From UHGV virus genome UHGV-0252305: 43,472 nucleotides of DNA, one strand, 5' to 3'. How positions within the stretch are numbered: the stretch's first letter is position 1; each line of letters starts with the position of its first letter. Position numbers and translations under genes: made by a program. This document shows, piece by piece, positions 42,179-43,472 of this stretch. The stretch comes from a virus. The notes beneath the pieces are model-generated. The model did no database searches and had not been told where the DNA came from. It was given only the letters and a program-made list of their open reading frames with translations.

Positions 42179-43472
42179 ATGCCCGATGTAATTTTATCCT
42201 ACTCGTGGTCACGCCGCAACGCGCGGGCGGGAAAAAAGGATATAAATGTCAGAACCGCACACACGGCAACACTGGACGACCTGAAAGAGTTAATCCAGCC
42301 GCTCGATGCCGTTCGCGACGGGATTAACCCTAAGACCGCGCCCGGTTATATCACCGCCGCGTGCGACTCAACGCACAGCACCGTAAAAGACCCGGAAACT
42401 GGAGACTTTAAGCAAGCGCGTAAAGGTTTTTTCTACCGCTGCGATGCGTCTGTAAGCAAATCGTCGCTGGCCTATCTGGATTTCGACAGCACAACACCGG
42501 AAGAGTATCAGGAAGCGGTGCGCCTGGTTAAGCGCAGCCGCAGGGCCATGTGCCTCTATACCACGGCATCACATACTGATGAGTCACCGCGCTTTCGCGT
42601 CGTAATGCCACTGGCCCGTCCGGTGGAGGGTGGTGACATCATCCGTGTTCGTCATGGGTTGCTGGAGCACTTCTTCAAAGGCATGGGTGCGGACCGCAGC
42701 GGGTTCACTCTGTCGCAGCCGATGTACCTGCCGCCGGTCGGCGCTACCGTTATCTGGTCGCGCCGCAACGACCTGATCGACCCGAACGAGTTACTGGAAG
42801 GCATCCCAGCCGTTGACGTTAGCAGCGCATCGGATTACCAGATACCGGAAGAACTGCGCACCGCGTTTACAGACGCGTTTGAAGCACTGGCGTTTGAGTA
42901 CGGCGGCGTCATGACGCCGCGCGGCCTTAAGATGCCAGCCACACCGGAACATGCCGAAAACTACAGCGACCCGACACCGCGCCCGGACGACTTCCTGCTG
43001 TGCTTCCCGCGCGAGGGGTATGAAGCGCCAAACGTAACCATGATTCACGACACAGACATTACGGCGACAGAAGGCCTGTCACCGAAAGAGGTGTGGAAGT
43101 ACGCGTGCGATGCGACCGGGCTGCCGTTCAGTGAAGTCGCAGAGGCCATCGGTTGGGGTGCGCGTGAATCTGTCTCATGCAGCCTCGACGACCTGGAAGA
43201 CGACGAGGACTCAGAGGAGGACGAGTTACCAGAACCGGTAAAGGCTGATTTCGTCGTTGAGGGGTACATGCCGTCGGATTGTATCTGGGATATTGTCGGG
43301 GAATCCGGCACGTACAAATCATTCTATACGCTGGGGATGATGTACCTGAGCGCCGCCGGGTACCGGTTTGCGGGGGCTGACACCCAACGTTGCCACCATT
43401 TCTATATTGACGGCGAGGGTGGTGCAGCTACACGAACACGTATTGATGCACTCGCGGCTAAATATGGCGAGG
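42179..43472 (+). CDS. Primase-helicase, N-terminal part (AEP/PrimPol-like), 3'-truncated at window end
   Basis: LDFDS (DxD) motif and TTASHTDE segment suggest primase-polymerase fold; frame open to last base; SD AAGGAAA. Confidence 0.65.
   Translation, partial: MPDVILSYSWSRRNARAGKKDINVRTAHTATLDDLKELIQPLDAVRDGINPKTAPGYITAACDSTHSTVKDPETGDFKQARKGFFYRCDASVSKSSLAYLDFDSTTPEEYQEAVRLVKRSRRAMCLYTTASHTDESPRFRVVMPLARPVEGGDIIRVRHGLLEHFFKGMGADRSGFTLSQPMYLPPVGATVIWSRRNDLIDPNELLEGIPAVDVSSASDYQIPEELRTAFTDAFEALAFEYGGVMTPRGLKMPATPEHAENYSDPTPRPDDFLLCFPREGYEAPNVTMIHDTDITATEGLSPKEVWKYACDATGLPFSEVAEAIGWGARESVSCSLDDLEDDEDSEEDELPEPVKADFVVEGYMPSDCIWDIVGESGTYKSFYTLGMMYLSAAGYRFAGADTQRCHHFYIDGEGGAATRTRIDALAAKYGE

Overview
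The window reads as a complete, or near-complete, ~43.5-kb tailed-phage (siphovirus-type) genome. An open reading frame running off the 3' end continues in frame into the ORF at the 5' end, so the 43,472 bp most likely represent a circular or circularly permuted genome opened inside a primase-helicase gene. Two strand blocks dominate. The + strand block (1656-10020) is a translationally coupled replication/early operon: Cas4-like RecB-family nuclease, SSB-like protein, family A DNA polymerase, VRR-NUC nuclease, SNF2-type helicase, Toprim protein. The - strand block (40530 down to 10051) carries small early genes, a lysis cassette (holin, second membrane protein, GH24 endolysin), then terminase small and large subunits, portal, Mu-F-like head morphogenesis protein, scaffold, major capsid, connector and tail proteins, tape measure and a tailspike with a C-terminal intramolecular-chaperone domain. 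Four opposite-strand cassettes interrupt the structural block, each closed by a bidirectional intrinsic terminator: a KilA-N gene with its own palindromic operator, a lipoprotein cassette, an AP2-domain homing-endonuclease-like gene, and a four-gene cassette (Imm-like membrane protein, HTH plus Mre11/SbcD-like metallophosphoesterase, T4-Pnk-like HAD phosphatase, T4-gp1-like P-loop kinase). That last cassette is my best candidate for an undescribed nucleic-acid end-healing or nucleotide-processing accessory system. Other signals: a 14-bp inverted repeat AATAG-N4-CTATT inside at least seven promoter-like sites on both strands, two ~150-bp direct repeats in the two largest non-coding regions, an in-frame (TQ)4 hexanucleotide microsatellite in the capsid gene, and candidate Rz/Rz1 spanins located ~9 kb from the holin-endolysin genes. 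No tRNA, rRNA, CRISPR array, integrase or transposase was found. All functional calls rest on motifs read by eye and remembered family signatures; no database search was run.
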